A DNA stretch of 64,000 nucleotides from Candidatus Wolfebacteria bacterium GW2011_GWA1_44_24 (lineage in GTDB: Bacteria; Patescibacteriota; Minisyncoccia; UBA6257; UBA9933): assembly GCA_001001115.1 (NCBI GenBank), contig LCIO01000001.1, forward strand, positions 6,426 through 70,425. The letters are read 5' to 3'. Shown piece by piece: positions 9,766 to 19,632 of this stretch; within the stretch, counting starts at the first letter, position 1, and every line of letters starts with the position of its first letter. The translations under genes were made by a program, and so were the position numbers. Under the pieces are notes generated by a model that made no database searches, was not told where the DNA came from, and was given only the letters and a program-made list of their open reading frames with translations.

Positions 9766-10319
9766 ACGGCTTGAAAATTGTTTTGAACCGGATTCGCTCC
9801 GTCGGCGATTGTTTTGAATTTTTCGTATTCCGGAAGTTCTTCGATTTTTGAGATGCCCAAATGTTTTAACGCGTCAAAACTCAATCGATAAGCATAACTT
9901 CGTTCTTTGGTTTCGGTCGAGCGTTCAATCAATCCCCTCATCAACAAGCTCCGCAGTATAAAGCTGGAATTGACTCCCCTGAAATAATCGAGCTGGACCC
10001 GGGAAATCGGCCCCAAATAAGCGATCAACGAAATCGTTTCCAGCGCCGCGGGCGTTAAATTTTCCCGGAATTCTTCTTTGATGAAATTTTCAAATAAGTG
10101 AGAAAATTCCGGCTTGGTCGCGAGTTGTAGCCGGTTATCGGAAAAAATCAACTTAATCCCCGTTTCTTCCAATAAATAATATTGATTGAGTTTTTCAGCC
10201 GCCTCTTTTACGGTTTTTTCGTCTTGATTCAAAATCTTGGCGATTTTTTTGATTTCCAACGGTTCGCCGTAAGCGAATAAAATTGCCTCCACAGCTGCGG
10301 TTAAATTTTTGTCTCTCAT
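9762..10319 (-). CDS. scpB: SMC-Scp complex subunit ScpB
   Basis: EAILF, ALETISLIAY.GP.SR, RGVNS, LPE. Confidence 0.9.
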   Translation of the reverse strand: MRDKNLTAAVEAILFAYGEPLEIKKIAKILNQDEKTVKEAAEKLNQYYLLEETGIKLIFSDNRLQLATKPEFSHLFENFIKEEFRENLTPAALETISLIAYLGPISRVQLDYFRGVNSSFILRSLLMRGLIERSTETKERSYAYRLSFDALKHLGISKIEELPEYEKFKTIADGANPVQNNFQAV

Positions 10320-11014
10320 ATTTTTTTTATCATTATATCCTCAAATTTTTCTTCTTGCTCAACTTCAATTATTTGGTCTTTTAACAAATGAAGCAATGCC
10401 AAGAATAAAACTATGATTTCGGTTCGAGATTTTTCTTTAACGAGCTCGCTGAATTGTCCTATCCCTCTTTCTATTTTTTCGATTATTTCTTCAATTTTCT
10501 CTTCCAATTTAATCAAAGACGATTCGATGGTTGTGGATTCCAAAGTTAATTTTTGGAATTCTTTGAATATGCCGCCAAACGCCTGTTCAAGCGATTTAAT
10601 CGTGATATTTTCGGCCGGATAAAAAATCGGCTCTTGGCTGAAAAGCAAGGGGCGGGAAACGGAAAATTCTTTTCGTTCGTAGAATTTTTTAAACAAGCCG
10701 ATTGCCGGTTTGAATTCACCGTAACGCCGGACTCGCTCTTCCAAATCTTTAATATCTTTTTCTTCTTCATCCGTTAATTTCAAATTGGGTAGAAGCGCTT
10801 TTGATTTAAGCAGAATCAATCGCGCCGCCACCACGACGAAATCCGCCAAGAGTCGCGGTTCGGCCTCTTCGATTTCTTTAAGGTAATTCAGAAAATCAGC
10901 CACCACTTCGGAAAGGCTTAAATCGGCAATTTCCATTTTTCTTTCTTCGATGAGTTCCAGAAGTTTCTCAATCGGGCCGGAAAATTTTTCAGTTTTTAAT
11001 TCGTAGTTCTTCAT
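10316..11014 (-). CDS. scpA: segregation and condensation protein ScpA
   Basis: FSGPIEKLL, KSKALLP, FLALLHL, QEEKF; start moved to ATG 11014 (ATGA overlap with the upstream stop). Confidence 0.9.
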   Translation of the reverse strand: MKNYELKTEKFSGPIEKLLELIEERKMEIADLSLSEVVADFLNYLKEIEEAEPRLLADFVVVAARLILLKSKALLPNLKLTDEEEKDIKDLEERVRRYGEFKPAIGLFKKFYERKEFSVSRPLLFSQEPIFYPAENITIKSLEQAFGGIFKEFQKLTLESTTIESSLIKLEEKIEEIIEKIERGIGQFSELVKEKSRTEIIVLFLALLHLLKDQIIEVEQEEKFEDIMIKKI

Positions 11015-12234
11015 TCTTTTAATAATGCTTCGACGGTGTAGTTGTTTGACGGATTCCAAAGCATCCAGCCGTTTATTAATTCCGGGGTGCTTGACCCTGC
11101 GTCAAAAATAGCTTGAATTTGTTTTCTGACCGCCTGAGCGTCGTAGTCGGCGCCCAAATCAAAATCCTGGAGCCAGGGACGAAGTTTAGATTTAAAATTT
11201 AAGGTTGAACTTGCAAGTTTATTGATTGCCGAATCCATTGAATATTTCACCACTTCATAAGGATAATTCGCCGGGTTTTTGTATCCCAAAAATCCGGCGG
11301 CATAATGAGAAGGATAAACCATCGGGCTGACATAATCAAAATATTGATAAGCGTTTTCAATTATCTGGCCGATGCCCAGATCGTTGTTATTGATGGTTGC
11401 CAGCCCGAAAAAGTCGGCGGAAATTTTCGCGTCCGGCAATTGCTCGCGTAAATATTTGAAAAAATTTTTAATAACTTCGCTTTTCGGAGATTTGCCGTCC
11501 CAATAGGGAAATTCCATATCGCCTAAATTTCCGTCGGAAGCGAAACGAATATAATCAAAGTTTAATTCATCAAATCCCCTATTGGTGGCGTCTTTGGCAA
11601 TGGCGATATTGTAATCCCAAGCCTCTTTTGAAGCAGGGTCGATCCAAGCCAGTTTTTTATGGTCAAGCCAAAGCGTTGACGATGACATCTGACATTTGTC
11701 CGCCGGTTGGCGGATTGACGTCTGACATCTATTTTTTGAATGAATTGCCAGCTCCGGTCTGGCTTTGGCCAAAACCGGGTCCTGGAAAATCGTGATTCTG
11801 GCAATCGCGTAAATTCCCTCATCATGCAACCGTTTAATCAGAAAATTTATTTTTGGAATTTTTATTTCTTTGGCTTTATACTTTTCGGCCTCCGGCAATT
11901 TTATATCATAAGCGATATAGCCGGAGAAATCTTTGATGTCAATTACAACGGCGTTTAATTCCGTTTCTTTGGCTATTTTTAGCAAATAATTGATTTTTTC
12001 TGGATTGCCGGCTGACCAAGAGGTTAAATAAACCGCTTTGATTTCTTTCGGCGGATTCGCCAGCGGTTTTTGCGGTTCAATATCCGCGTTGGCTACTTTT
12101 AATTTTGGAGAATCTGAGGTTGGAAAAATTAGCGTATCGTCGTTAATCATCTCTATGATATTTTCTTGCGGCAAAATAAAAAAAGCGCCTATGCCCAAAA
12201 TCGCCAAAATGAAAAAAGCGAGCAGATAACGCAT
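11011..12234 (-). CDS. membrane-anchored putative glycoside hydrolase (DUF4015-like TIM barrel)
   Basis: NAVVIDIKD, ARI..FQDP, GFDELNFDYIRF, SPMVYPSHY, RPWLQDF, WMLWN; start at ATG 12234. Confidence 0.8.
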   Translation of the reverse strand: MRYLLAFFILAILGIGAFFILPQENIIEMINDDTLIFPTSDSPKLKVANADIEPQKPLANPPKEIKAVYLTSWSAGNPEKINYLLKIAKETELNAVVIDIKDFSGYIAYDIKLPEAEKYKAKEIKIPKINFLIKRLHDEGIYAIARITIFQDPVLAKARPELAIHSKNRCQTSIRQPADKCQMSSSTLWLDHKKLAWIDPASKEAWDYNIAIAKDATNRGFDELNFDYIRFASDGNLGDMEFPYWDGKSPKSEVIKNFFKYLREQLPDAKISADFFGLATINNNDLGIGQIIENAYQYFDYVSPMVYPSHYAAGFLGYKNPANYPYEVVKYSMDSAINKLASSTLNFKSKLRPWLQDFDLGADYDAQAVRKQIQAIFDAGSSTPELINGWMLWNPSNNYTVEALLKE

Positions 12235-12260
12235 ATAAGATTTATTATAGCAAAATTTCA

Positions 12261-12298
12261 AAATAAAAAAGGGCGATGCGATTCGCCCCTTATTTTTT
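12261..12298 (-). terminator. intrinsic terminator after NYN gene
   Basis: GGGCGA/TCGCCC stem (12271-12288) flanked by A/T tracts on both sides. Confidence 0.7.
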
Positions 12299-12770
12299 AA
12301 TTTTCTTTCAGCGGAATTTCCTTTAAATCGGAAGATTCCAGAATTTTTTTTAAAGAAGAAGAAACGGATTTTGTCCCGAATAAATGGACGGTTTTTCCGT
12401 GGTTCTTCGCTTCTTTTATTATCTCCGCCATATGTCTGTCATTACTGACAATCACAATGTCGGTGATTTCCTTATATCTCAAGAGCTTCAAGCCGATGCG
12501 GATTATGTGGATATCAACAGTGTCTTCTATTTTATAGGTTTCAACCGTTCTTTTTGGGCAAGCTATAATTTCAAACCCAAGATCGGTTATTTCCGGCAAT
12601 CCGTAAAACATATCGGGATAAATGAAGACAAAGGCGAAATCAATATTTCCGATTTCAAGAAGTTCATCGCGGAATTTTTTGAAATCAAGGATTTTGCCTT
12701 CCATTATCGCTTGTCGGGATATGTTCTCGTAGTCGATTAGAACAACCATTTGTCTGTTTTTTTTTGGCAT
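12297..12770 (-). CDS. NYN/LabA (PIN-like) domain protein
   Basis: LIDYENI, TVD, IVSNDRH, GKTV, SSSL pattern typical of NYN. Confidence 0.75.
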   Translation of the reverse strand: MPKKNRQMVVLIDYENISRQAIMEGKILDFKKFRDELLEIGNIDFAFVFIYPDMFYGLPEITDLGFEIIACPKRTVETYKIEDTVDIHIIRIGLKLLRYKEITDIVIVSNDRHMAEIIKEAKNHGKTVHLFGTKSVSSSLKKILESSDLKEIPLKEN

Positions 12771-12789
12771 TTATTTCATCCTTCCTGGA

Positions 12790-12834
12790 TTAAAAATAAA
12801 GGCGCCAGAGCGCTGATAGAATCAGCGCTCTGGC
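12790..12834 (-). terminator. perfect 14-bp hairpin followed by U-rich tract
   Basis: GCCAGAGCGCTGAT-AGA-ATCAGCGCTCTGGC (12804-12834); minus strand continues GCCTTTATTTTT. Confidence 0.7.
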
Positions 12835-12842
12835 CAAAAACA

Positions 12843-13850
12843 TCACTCGCGGCCGCTTCTATCGTAGAAGTCGCAAGCTGCGCAAAGCATTTTGGCGAAT
12901 TTCCTGGAAAACTCCAGCTTATTGGCCGGCGTTTTGTCTTCTAAGACCTTCCCGGTTTTTCCGGCCGCCAGCGGCACCCAGTTTCCGGTGTAAGAAGAAA
13001 GCCAGTCGAGAGAACCGGCGCCGTCAACCACCCCGACGACAAAAAAGGGTTTGCCGGATTTTTCATTGAGGTTTGCAACCTTAACGATTCCGACCCCTTT
13101 CTGCCACCTTTTCCCCTTTCTGTCTGTCCGTTCCGGGAAATAGATTCTGTATATTCCCGGAATGCCATTTCTCAACGAGAAGAGGTTGGGATTCCCTTTC
13201 TCCAAGAGTTTGGAGATTTTATGGTTATTGCAGCGGTCTATGAATTTTCTTAATTCATAGAAAATCTTTTTGTCGGCCGGCGACACCCCTTCGGGATAAA
13301 ACTCGGAAGGAATATGGATAAGGCAGTATCCATTGAAGACAACCGCCTTGTATCTATTCTCGTGCGTTTCCTTTACGAGTTTACCGCGGCCCGCTTTTTC
13401 CACCTCCAGAATCCATTTTATTACCTTTTCCGGATTCTCGGGGTTCTCAGCCATGATTTCCTTGATAAGCCGGGAAACCTTGTGACTTTCAGCCAGGACA
13501 TCGTCCTTTTTTATCAACTCCTCTATTTTTTTCTGGACAGAGAGAAGTTTTCCGTGTGTTTCGATTAAGCTGGGGACGGTCTGCCAATCCGGCACTTTTT
13601 CTATTTCCCTTATCTTTCTTTCTATGTCCAGTCCTTTGGCGGCCAGTATTTGGGCCGCTTCCTTTCTTTCTTTAGCTTCGATTTCCGAGGCCCTCAATTC
13701 TTCCTCGGTTATTTCCGGGACTTTCAACTCTTCAATCTCTTTAAGATTGAAGGTTGGGAGAGGTTTTTGTTCTTTTTCTTTTTTCTTCACGGCCCGCAAA
13801 AAGGCAGTTCCTATCGCCGTCACTTTGTTCCCCGTCGCTTTGTCTTCCAT
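12843..13850 (-). CDS. hypothetical protein, charged coiled-coil-like N-terminus
   Basis: 335-aa ORF preceded by AAGGAGG; no recognised family. Confidence 0.75.
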   Translation of the reverse strand: MEDKATGNKVTAIGTAFLRAVKKKEKEQKPLPTFNLKEIEELKVPEITEEELRASEIEAKERKEAAQILAAKGLDIERKIREIEKVPDWQTVPSLIETHGKLLSVQKKIEELIKKDDVLAESHKVSRLIKEIMAENPENPEKVIKWILEVEKAGRGKLVKETHENRYKAVVFNGYCLIHIPSEFYPEGVSPADKKIFYELRKFIDRCNNHKISKLLEKGNPNLFSLRNGIPGIYRIYFPERTDRKGKRWQKGVGIVKVANLNEKSGKPFFVVGVVDGAGSLDWLSSYTGNWVPLAAGKTGKVLEDKTPANKLEFSRKFAKMLCAACDFYDRSGRE

Positions 13851-14035
13851 TTCAATTTCCTCCTTTTTTGATTAAATTCAAAACATTACATTACGCCCAT
13901 GCCTTTCTTATATCACCTCCTTATTGGATTTTTTAAGAACAATTACTGTTTCTTTTGATAGCATATTTATATAATATTGTCAAATTATATTGATAAATAA
14001 AAATATGCTATACTATAATTAAATATTAACAATCT

Positions 14036-15151
14036 ATGCTTGCTTTGTATCGTAAATACCGGCCCAAAAATTTATCCGATATTCTTGGGCAGGAAATCAT
14101 CGTGGAGATTCTTAGAAATGCCGCTAAAACGGACAAATTGGCCCACGCTTATCTTTTTTACGGGCCAAGAGGTTCGGGTAAAACCACCACGGCCCGTTTG
14201 GTCGCTAAAATCGCCAATTGTGAAAAAAGGCAGAAAGATGAAAAATTCAAGATATCGGGTGAACCCTGCAACGGATGCCGTTCCTGCCGGGAAACCGACG
14301 AAGGCCGGGCGCTTGATGTGATTGAAATCGACGCGGCTTCCAATCGCGGCATTGACGAAATCAGAAACTTGAAAGAAGGCATTCGCGTCTCCCCTGCTTT
14401 GTCCCGATATAAAATTTACATTATTGACGAGGTTCATCAGCTGACCAAAGACGCGTTTAACGCTTTATTGAAAACATTGGAAGAGCCGCCGGCTCACGCG
14501 ATTTTTGTTTTAGCCACCACGGAATACGAAAAAATGCCGGCAACCATCGTTTCCCGCACCCAAAGATTTCATTTCAAAAGATTGCCGCTGGTTAAAATCA
14601 TTGAAAAATTAAAAACCATTTCCGCGGCCGAAAAAATAAAAGCCGACGACGACGCCCTGGAACTTATTGCCGCTTCGGCTGAAGGCAGCTTAAGGGACGC
14701 CGAATCCTTGCTTGACCAGATTTTCGGGCTGGAAGAGAAAATCACTTTGGAAAGCGTGGAAAATATCATCGGCCGGGTGGGATTCAAAAAAACATCTCAA
14801 ATGGCGGAATTATTGTTCAACAACGATCTTCAAAAAGCTTTGAGCCATCTTGCAAAAATCAACGAAGAGGGATATAATTTAGTCCAGTTTAACAAAGATT
14901 TAATTCATTATCTGCGCCGGGTTTTGGCTTTGAAATTTTCTTCCGCTTTGGAATCCGAATTCAAAAAAGAGTTGATTGAAGCGGAGTTGCAAGCCGTTAA
15001 AAAACACAGCCAGATGCTTGGTTCTCCGGCTGATGAGCAAAAAACCGTTAATTTGATAAAATCTTTGATTCGGGCTTATACGGAAATGCGCTACAGCCCG
15101 TTTGTGATTGTGCCGCTGGAAGTGGCGATAATTGAAAATTTGAAAAAGTAA
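14036..15151 (+). CDS. dnaX: DNA polymerase III gamma/tau subunit (short form)
   Basis: LYRKYRP, GPRGSGKTT, Zn Cys motif, EIDAASN, DEVH, LKTLEEPP, SRTQ. Confidence 0.95.
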   Translation: MLALYRKYRPKNLSDILGQEIIVEILRNAAKTDKLAHAYLFYGPRGSGKTTTARLVAKIANCEKRQKDEKFKISGEPCNGCRSCRETDEGRALDVIEIDAASNRGIDEIRNLKEGIRVSPALSRYKIYIIDEVHQLTKDAFNALLKTLEEPPAHAIFVLATTEYEKMPATIVSRTQRFHFKRLPLVKIIEKLKTISAAEKIKADDDALELIAASAEGSLRDAESLLDQIFGLEEKITLESVENIIGRVGFKKTSQMAELLFNNDLQKALSHLAKINEEGYNLVQFNKDLIHYLRRVLALKFSSALESEFKKELIEAELQAVKKHSQMLGSPADEQKTVNLIKSLIRAYTEMRYSPFVIVPLEVAIIENLKK

Positions 15152-15186
15152 TAAATAAAAAGGTCGGTGTTTATAATTTTAATTTT

Positions 15187-16389
15187 ATGAATAAATTTTT
15201 TTCGAGTTTAGTTATTATAGCGACGGTGTTCGGATTGTCGTTTGCGGCGATTGAAAAACCGGTTCAGGCAAACGTCAACGGAAGAAAAATAATTGTTTTC
15301 AATCAAGCGTTAAATGAAAAAGAGAAAGATGAATTAATTGCTCGCGCCGGAGGCACAAAATTAAAGAATCTTGATTTAATCGGCGCCAAGGCGGTTTGGC
15401 TGCCAAATCGGGCCGCAACGGAAAAATTAAAAGCCAATTCGAACGTAATCAGAATCGATGACGATGTGCTTGTGGAAACATTGGATATTAAAGAAGAAAT
15501 AAGAGGGGTGAAGAAAATGGGAATAAAACCTCAGCCGCCAGAAACGCTTCCTTGGGGTATTGACCGAGTTGACGCTGAATTGGTTTGGCCAACGATTCGG
15601 GGCGCGGGAATTAAAGTCGGCGTTATTGACACCGGCATTGATTTGAGCCATCCGGATTTGGTATTAAATATCAAAGGCGGTTATAACGCCATTAATCCTC
15701 TGAATTCGCCAAATGATAACAATGGCCATGGAACTCATGTAGCCGGAATTATGGGAGCGGTTGACAATACAATCGGCGTAATCGGCGTCGGGCCTCAAAT
15801 TAATCTTTATGCCATTAAAGTTTTGGGCGCTTCCGGTTCCGGTTATCTTTCTGATGTCATTGAGGGCCTTGACTGGGCGATTGTCAACGGAATGAATGTT
15901 GTTAATATGAGTTTGGGTACTTCGGATGATATTTTATCTTTCCGCGAAGCGGTTCAAAGAGTTAACGCGGCTGGCATTGTTCAGGTAGCGGCTGCCGGAA
16001 ATTCCGGCGGTTCGGTAATTTATCCGGCTGCTTATCCGGAAGTCATCGCGGTTTCTGCCACAAATAATACCAACACGATTGCTTCCTGGTCTTCACGCGG
16101 TCCGGAAGTTGATTTGGCAGCGCCCGGAGTTTCAATTTACTCCACCTATAAGGGGCAAACATATAAAACCTTAAGCGGCACTTCAATGGCCAGCCCTCAT
16201 GTGGCTGGAACAGCCGGTTTGGTGTTGAACACTCCGGTTGGCAGTTATGATTTGGACGCTGACGACATCTGGGACCCGATTGAAGTTCAAAATAAACTTC
16301 AGGATAAAGTCGTTGATTTAGGAAGTCCCGGCTTTGATAGTTTATACGGCTGGGGCTTGGTAAACGCTTTTAACGCGGTTCAGCCGTAA
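15187..16389 (+). CDS. secreted subtilisin-like serine protease (S8)
   Basis: Signal peptide, propeptide; catalytic triad IDTG, HGTHVAG, GTSMASPH. Confidence 0.95.
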   Translation: MNKFFSSLVIIATVFGLSFAAIEKPVQANVNGRKIIVFNQALNEKEKDELIARAGGTKLKNLDLIGAKAVWLPNRAATEKLKANSNVIRIDDDVLVETLDIKEEIRGVKKMGIKPQPPETLPWGIDRVDAELVWPTIRGAGIKVGVIDTGIDLSHPDLVLNIKGGYNAINPLNSPNDNNGHGTHVAGIMGAVDNTIGVIGVGPQINLYAIKVLGASGSGYLSDVIEGLDWAIVNGMNVVNMSLGTSDDILSFREAVQRVNAAGIVQVAAAGNSGGSVIYPAAYPEVIAVSATNNTNTIASWSSRGPEVDLAAPGVSIYSTYKGQTYKTLSGTSMASPHVAGTAGLVLNTPVGSYDLDADDIWDPIEVQNKLQDKVVDLGSPGFDSLYGWGLVNAFNAVQP

Positions 16390-16479
16390 CTTTAGGCGCT
16401 GGAGTTTACGCTAAAGAAAAAGTGAGTTAAAATAAATACCGGCATTGTTGTCGGTATTTATTTATGCGGGATTAAATAT

Positions 16480-16553
16480 TGCCGGGTCGTCTAACGGTAG
16501 GACTCCGCCCTTTGAAGGCGGCTATCGGGGTTCGAATCCCTGCCCGGCAGCCA
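16480..16553 (+). tRNA. tRNA-Gln(TTG), CCA encoded
   Basis: TGCCGGG/CCCGGCA acceptor stem, CCGCC-CTTTGAA-GGCGG anticodon arm, GGTTCGAATCC T arm. Confidence 0.95.
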
Positions 16554-16558
16554 ATTTT

Positions 16559-16888
16559 ATGGATATTACTAAAGAAATATCGTGTCCATCGTGCAAAGCG
16601 GTTCTTCCCGCAAGCGCGTATTTTTGTTTGCAATGCGGAACAAAATTAAAAGAATCTCCGGCTTCAATATCCATAAGCAAGCAGGCGGTTATTTATTTTA
16701 TTAGTTTTTTTCTTGCTCCACTTGGACTTGTCTATGTTTTTAGATATTTGAAACAGTCCGACAATAAAGCCCGGAAAATCGGCATTGTCGCGCTTATATT
16801 AACAATCCTTGGAATTTTTCTCACAATTTGGACAGCAAGGGCATTTATGGATTCTTTTTACGGTTCATTGAATACGCTTACTTTTTAG
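16559..16888 (+). CDS. zinc-ribbon protein with two TM helices
   Basis: CPSC...CLQCG then two hydrophobic segments; start corrected to ATG 16559 because the longer ORF overlaps the tRNA. Confidence 0.8.
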   Translation: MDITKEISCPSCKAVLPASAYFCLQCGTKLKESPASISISKQAVIYFISFFLAPLGLVYVFRYLKQSDNKARKIGIVALILTILGIFLTIWTARAFMDSFYGSLNTLTF

Positions 16889-16943
16889 GCCGCTTTTAAT
16901 TATTAATTATATATAGTATTATATCGTCTTTAATGCAAATTTT

Positions 16944-17906
16944 ATGTTAATAGACGATATAACAATTAAAATTGGGGCCGGCAACGGCGGCAAGGGCGCG
17001 GTGGCTTTCAATAAAAATATGATGAGCTTGGGACCTGCGGGCGGCAGCGGAGGCAATGGCGGCAATGTTTTTGTTGTCGGCGTTTCCGATATAAGCGCTT
17101 TGAACCAATTCCGCTATAAAAAAGAATGTAAAGCCGAAAACGGCTTTGACGGACGCGGGCAATTTTGTGACGGCAATGACGGAAAAAATTTGATTTTGAA
17201 ACTTCCAATTGGAACCGTAATCCATAATTTAACGAATGAAAGTGAATTTGAAATCGAAAAAATCGGCGAACAAGTGCTTCTCGCCAAAGGAGGCATCGGC
17301 GGCAAAGGCAATTTTCATTTCCGTTCTTCGCGAAATACTTCTCCGACGCAATTCCAGGAAGGACGACCGGGAGAATCATTTGAACTGCGACTTGAATTGA
17401 AACTTATTGCCGATGTTGGTTTTGTCGGCCTTCCGAATGCCGGAAAGTCGAGTATGTTAAACTGCCTCACGAACGCCAAAAGCAAGGTGGCGAATTATCC
17501 TTTTACCACGCTTGAACCGAATCTCGGCGCTTATTACGAGCTTATTTTGGCCGACATTCCCGGACTTATTGAAGGATCGTCCTCCGGCAAGGGTCTTGGT
17601 ATAAAATTTTTACGCCATATCGAACGCACGAAAATTATTTTTCACTTCGTCTCTTCGGAATCCCCCCGTCCGGAAAAAGATTATAAAACTATCCGTAAAG
17701 AACTTGGCGCTTATAAAAAAGAACTTCTCGAAAAACCGGAATATCTGTTTCTTTCAAAAAGCGACCTTACGGATAAAACTGCGCTCAAAGAAAAATTGAA
17801 GGCGTTGAAAAGACTAAATACCAATATAATCGCGACATCAATCAACGACCCGAATAGTATAAAAGAAATTAAAAAAATTCTGAATAAAATCAAAGCCGGA
17901 AAATAA
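16944..17906 (+). CDS. obg: GTPase Obg/CgtA (no C-terminal domain)
   Basis: Gly-rich Obg fold; GLPNAGKS, YPFTT, DIPG, SKSD. Confidence 0.93.
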   Translation: MLIDDITIKIGAGNGGKGAVAFNKNMMSLGPAGGSGGNGGNVFVVGVSDISALNQFRYKKECKAENGFDGRGQFCDGNDGKNLILKLPIGTVIHNLTNESEFEIEKIGEQVLLAKGGIGGKGNFHFRSSRNTSPTQFQEGRPGESFELRLELKLIADVGFVGLPNAGKSSMLNCLTNAKSKVANYPFTTLEPNLGAYYELILADIPGLIEGSSSGKGLGIKFLRHIERTKIIFHFVSSESPRPEKDYKTIRKELGAYKKELLEKPEYLFLSKSDLTDKTALKEKLKALKRLNTNIIATSINDPNSIKEIKKILNKIKAGK

Positions 17907-17909
17907 CCG

Positions 17910-19157
17910 TTATCGCCTCCACTTTGATCGGCTGAATTTGCGCGGCTCTCCGTAAGAACGGCTCGGAGGATGACCGCTTGAGCGTCGCGAAAATGAAGGC
18001 CGGCTCGGAGACGCGATTAGCCGCGCGGGCGGAAGCTCGGGAAGCTTGCGTAACGGCAAAGCAGCGCGCATAAGGCGTTCAATATTTTTTACGTTTCCGC
18101 GCTGATCCAGAGTTGCGAAAGAAATCGCGTTGCCGGCGGCTCCGGCGCGCGCGGTCCGGCCAATGCGGTGGATATAATCTTCCGCGTTATCCGGAAGGTC
18201 GTAATTAAGCACGAGTTCTATCCCCTTCACATCTATGCCGCGGCTGGCGATGTCGGTCGCGACCAGTATACGATATTTTCCGTTCTTGAATCCATCAAGA
18301 GCTTCCCGGCGCTGGCTTAATGATTTATTGGAATGAAGTTCCGTTACCGCGTGTCCAAGTGTCCGAATGCCCGCGGCGATTTTTTTTGCGCCGAATTTTG
18401 TCCTTGAAAATATCAAAACAGAACCATGATATTCATGAAGAAGTTTTTCAAGAAGCCGAGGTTTATCCGGTTTGGATATAAAAAAAAGCTCTTGTGTTAC
18501 TTTTGCGCTTATTGTTCCCGAAGGAGCGATTTCAATGCGTAGCGGGAACTTCATATATGAATGAGCCAGATGAACTATTTCATTCGGCATTGTTGCGGAA
18601 AAAAGCATTGTTTGGCGCTCTCGCGGCACTGCATTAAGAATAGTTTTTAATTGCGGCGCAAATCCCATATCAAGCATTCTGTCCGCTTCGTCAAGCACGA
18701 GGATTTTCACTTCTTTGAGAGAAAGCGTTTTTTGCCGGAGATGGTCTATTATTCTTCCGGGAGTGCCTAAAACGATAGTCGGGTTTTTTTGCAGCGCCTG
18801 CAGTTGCCGATACATTGGTTCTCCGCCAATAAGAAGAGCGGTTCGCACTTCGATATGAATACCGATTTTATGGAGCGTTTGTTCAACCTGTAGCGCGAGT
18901 TCGCGCGTTGGAAGTATAACGAGCCCGCGTTTTTTTTGAAGCGCCGCTTGAATCATGGGGATTCCGAATGCGAGCGTTTTTCCGGTGCCGGTTTGCGCAA
19001 GTCCGACTAAATCTTTTCCTTCGATCGCGGGAGGAATGGATTTTTTCTGAATGGGCGTAGGAATCTTAAAGCCGAGCTTATCAAGAACAGCGAGAATATT
19101 CGGCGCAATGCCAAGATTATAAAAATCGGGTGTATTCAAATGCCCACAGTTTATCAT
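17910..19157 (-). CDS. DEAD-box RNA helicase
   Basis: Q motif, AQTGTGKT, PTRELA, DEAD, SAT, HRIGRTAR; Arg/Ser-rich tail. Confidence 0.95.
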   Translation of the reverse strand: MINCGHLNTPDFYNLGIAPNILAVLDKLGFKIPTPIQKKSIPPAIEGKDLVGLAQTGTGKTLAFGIPMIQAALQKKRGLVILPTRELALQVEQTLHKIGIHIEVRTALLIGGEPMYRQLQALQKNPTIVLGTPGRIIDHLRQKTLSLKEVKILVLDEADRMLDMGFAPQLKTILNAVPRERQTMLFSATMPNEIVHLAHSYMKFPLRIEIAPSGTISAKVTQELFFISKPDKPRLLEKLLHEYHGSVLIFSRTKFGAKKIAAGIRTLGHAVTELHSNKSLSQRREALDGFKNGKYRILVATDIASRGIDVKGIELVLNYDLPDNAEDYIHRIGRTARAGAAGNAISFATLDQRGNVKNIERLMRAALPLRKLPELPPARLIASPSRPSFSRRSSGHPPSRSYGEPRKFSRSKWRR

Positions 19158-19204
19158 TAAAGCGGCAAAATAGCTAATCCAAGGGGTTTTATGATAAAAT
19201 GAAT

Positions 19205-19632
19205 TGTAAGATTTCCGAGCATTATTTACACTTCCCTTCGTCAGATTTGCCTTTCAGAACCAGAATATTTTTGCTCCAGCCGCTAAAAATTTCTTTCCCC
19301 CCAGCGCGCCTGCGGGATGTTCTTTAAGACAATCTGGCTTCGGTTATTTTTATAATTAAGCAGAAAATCTTTTCCGTAGCCAGCCTGTTGGAATTATAAA
19401 TAACCAAAGAACTCTTTCAGAGTGAGTATACTGGAAAACGTTCAAGAAATTAACGAGCGAATAGGAGATTTGCCGGGTATACCCGCGCAGCAGGGTGGCA
19501 AATCTCCGTCAATGAGCGAGTTAAATTTCTAACATTTGGAAGAGGCGAACGAGAAAGAGTTCTTTGGAGAAATTCGGCTGGCGGGAAAAGATTTTCTGGA
19601 TTATTATGTAAACAACGCTCGGGTTTCTTACA
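19205..19632. mobile_element. MITE-like non-autonomous element, copy A (428 bp), with large internal hairpin
   Basis: Inverted repeats 19204-19230 / 19607-19633 (22/27 identical), ends TGT...ACA, flanked by AATGAAT direct repeats (19198-19204, 19633-19639); core shared with copy B. Confidence 0.7.

Noticed and set aside
15135..15186. Frameshift extending dnaX to a tau form (ends TTG AAA AAG TAA)
   Set aside because: No downstream reading frame; the subtilisin gene starts 35 nt later.
16445..16558. N-terminal extension of the zinc-ribbon ORF
   Set aside because: It is a translation of tRNA-Gln; the plausible start is ATG 16559.
16480..19200. Genomic island integrated at tRNA-Gln
   Set aside because: No integrase or duplicated tRNA 3' end seen, and obg is a housekeeping gene.
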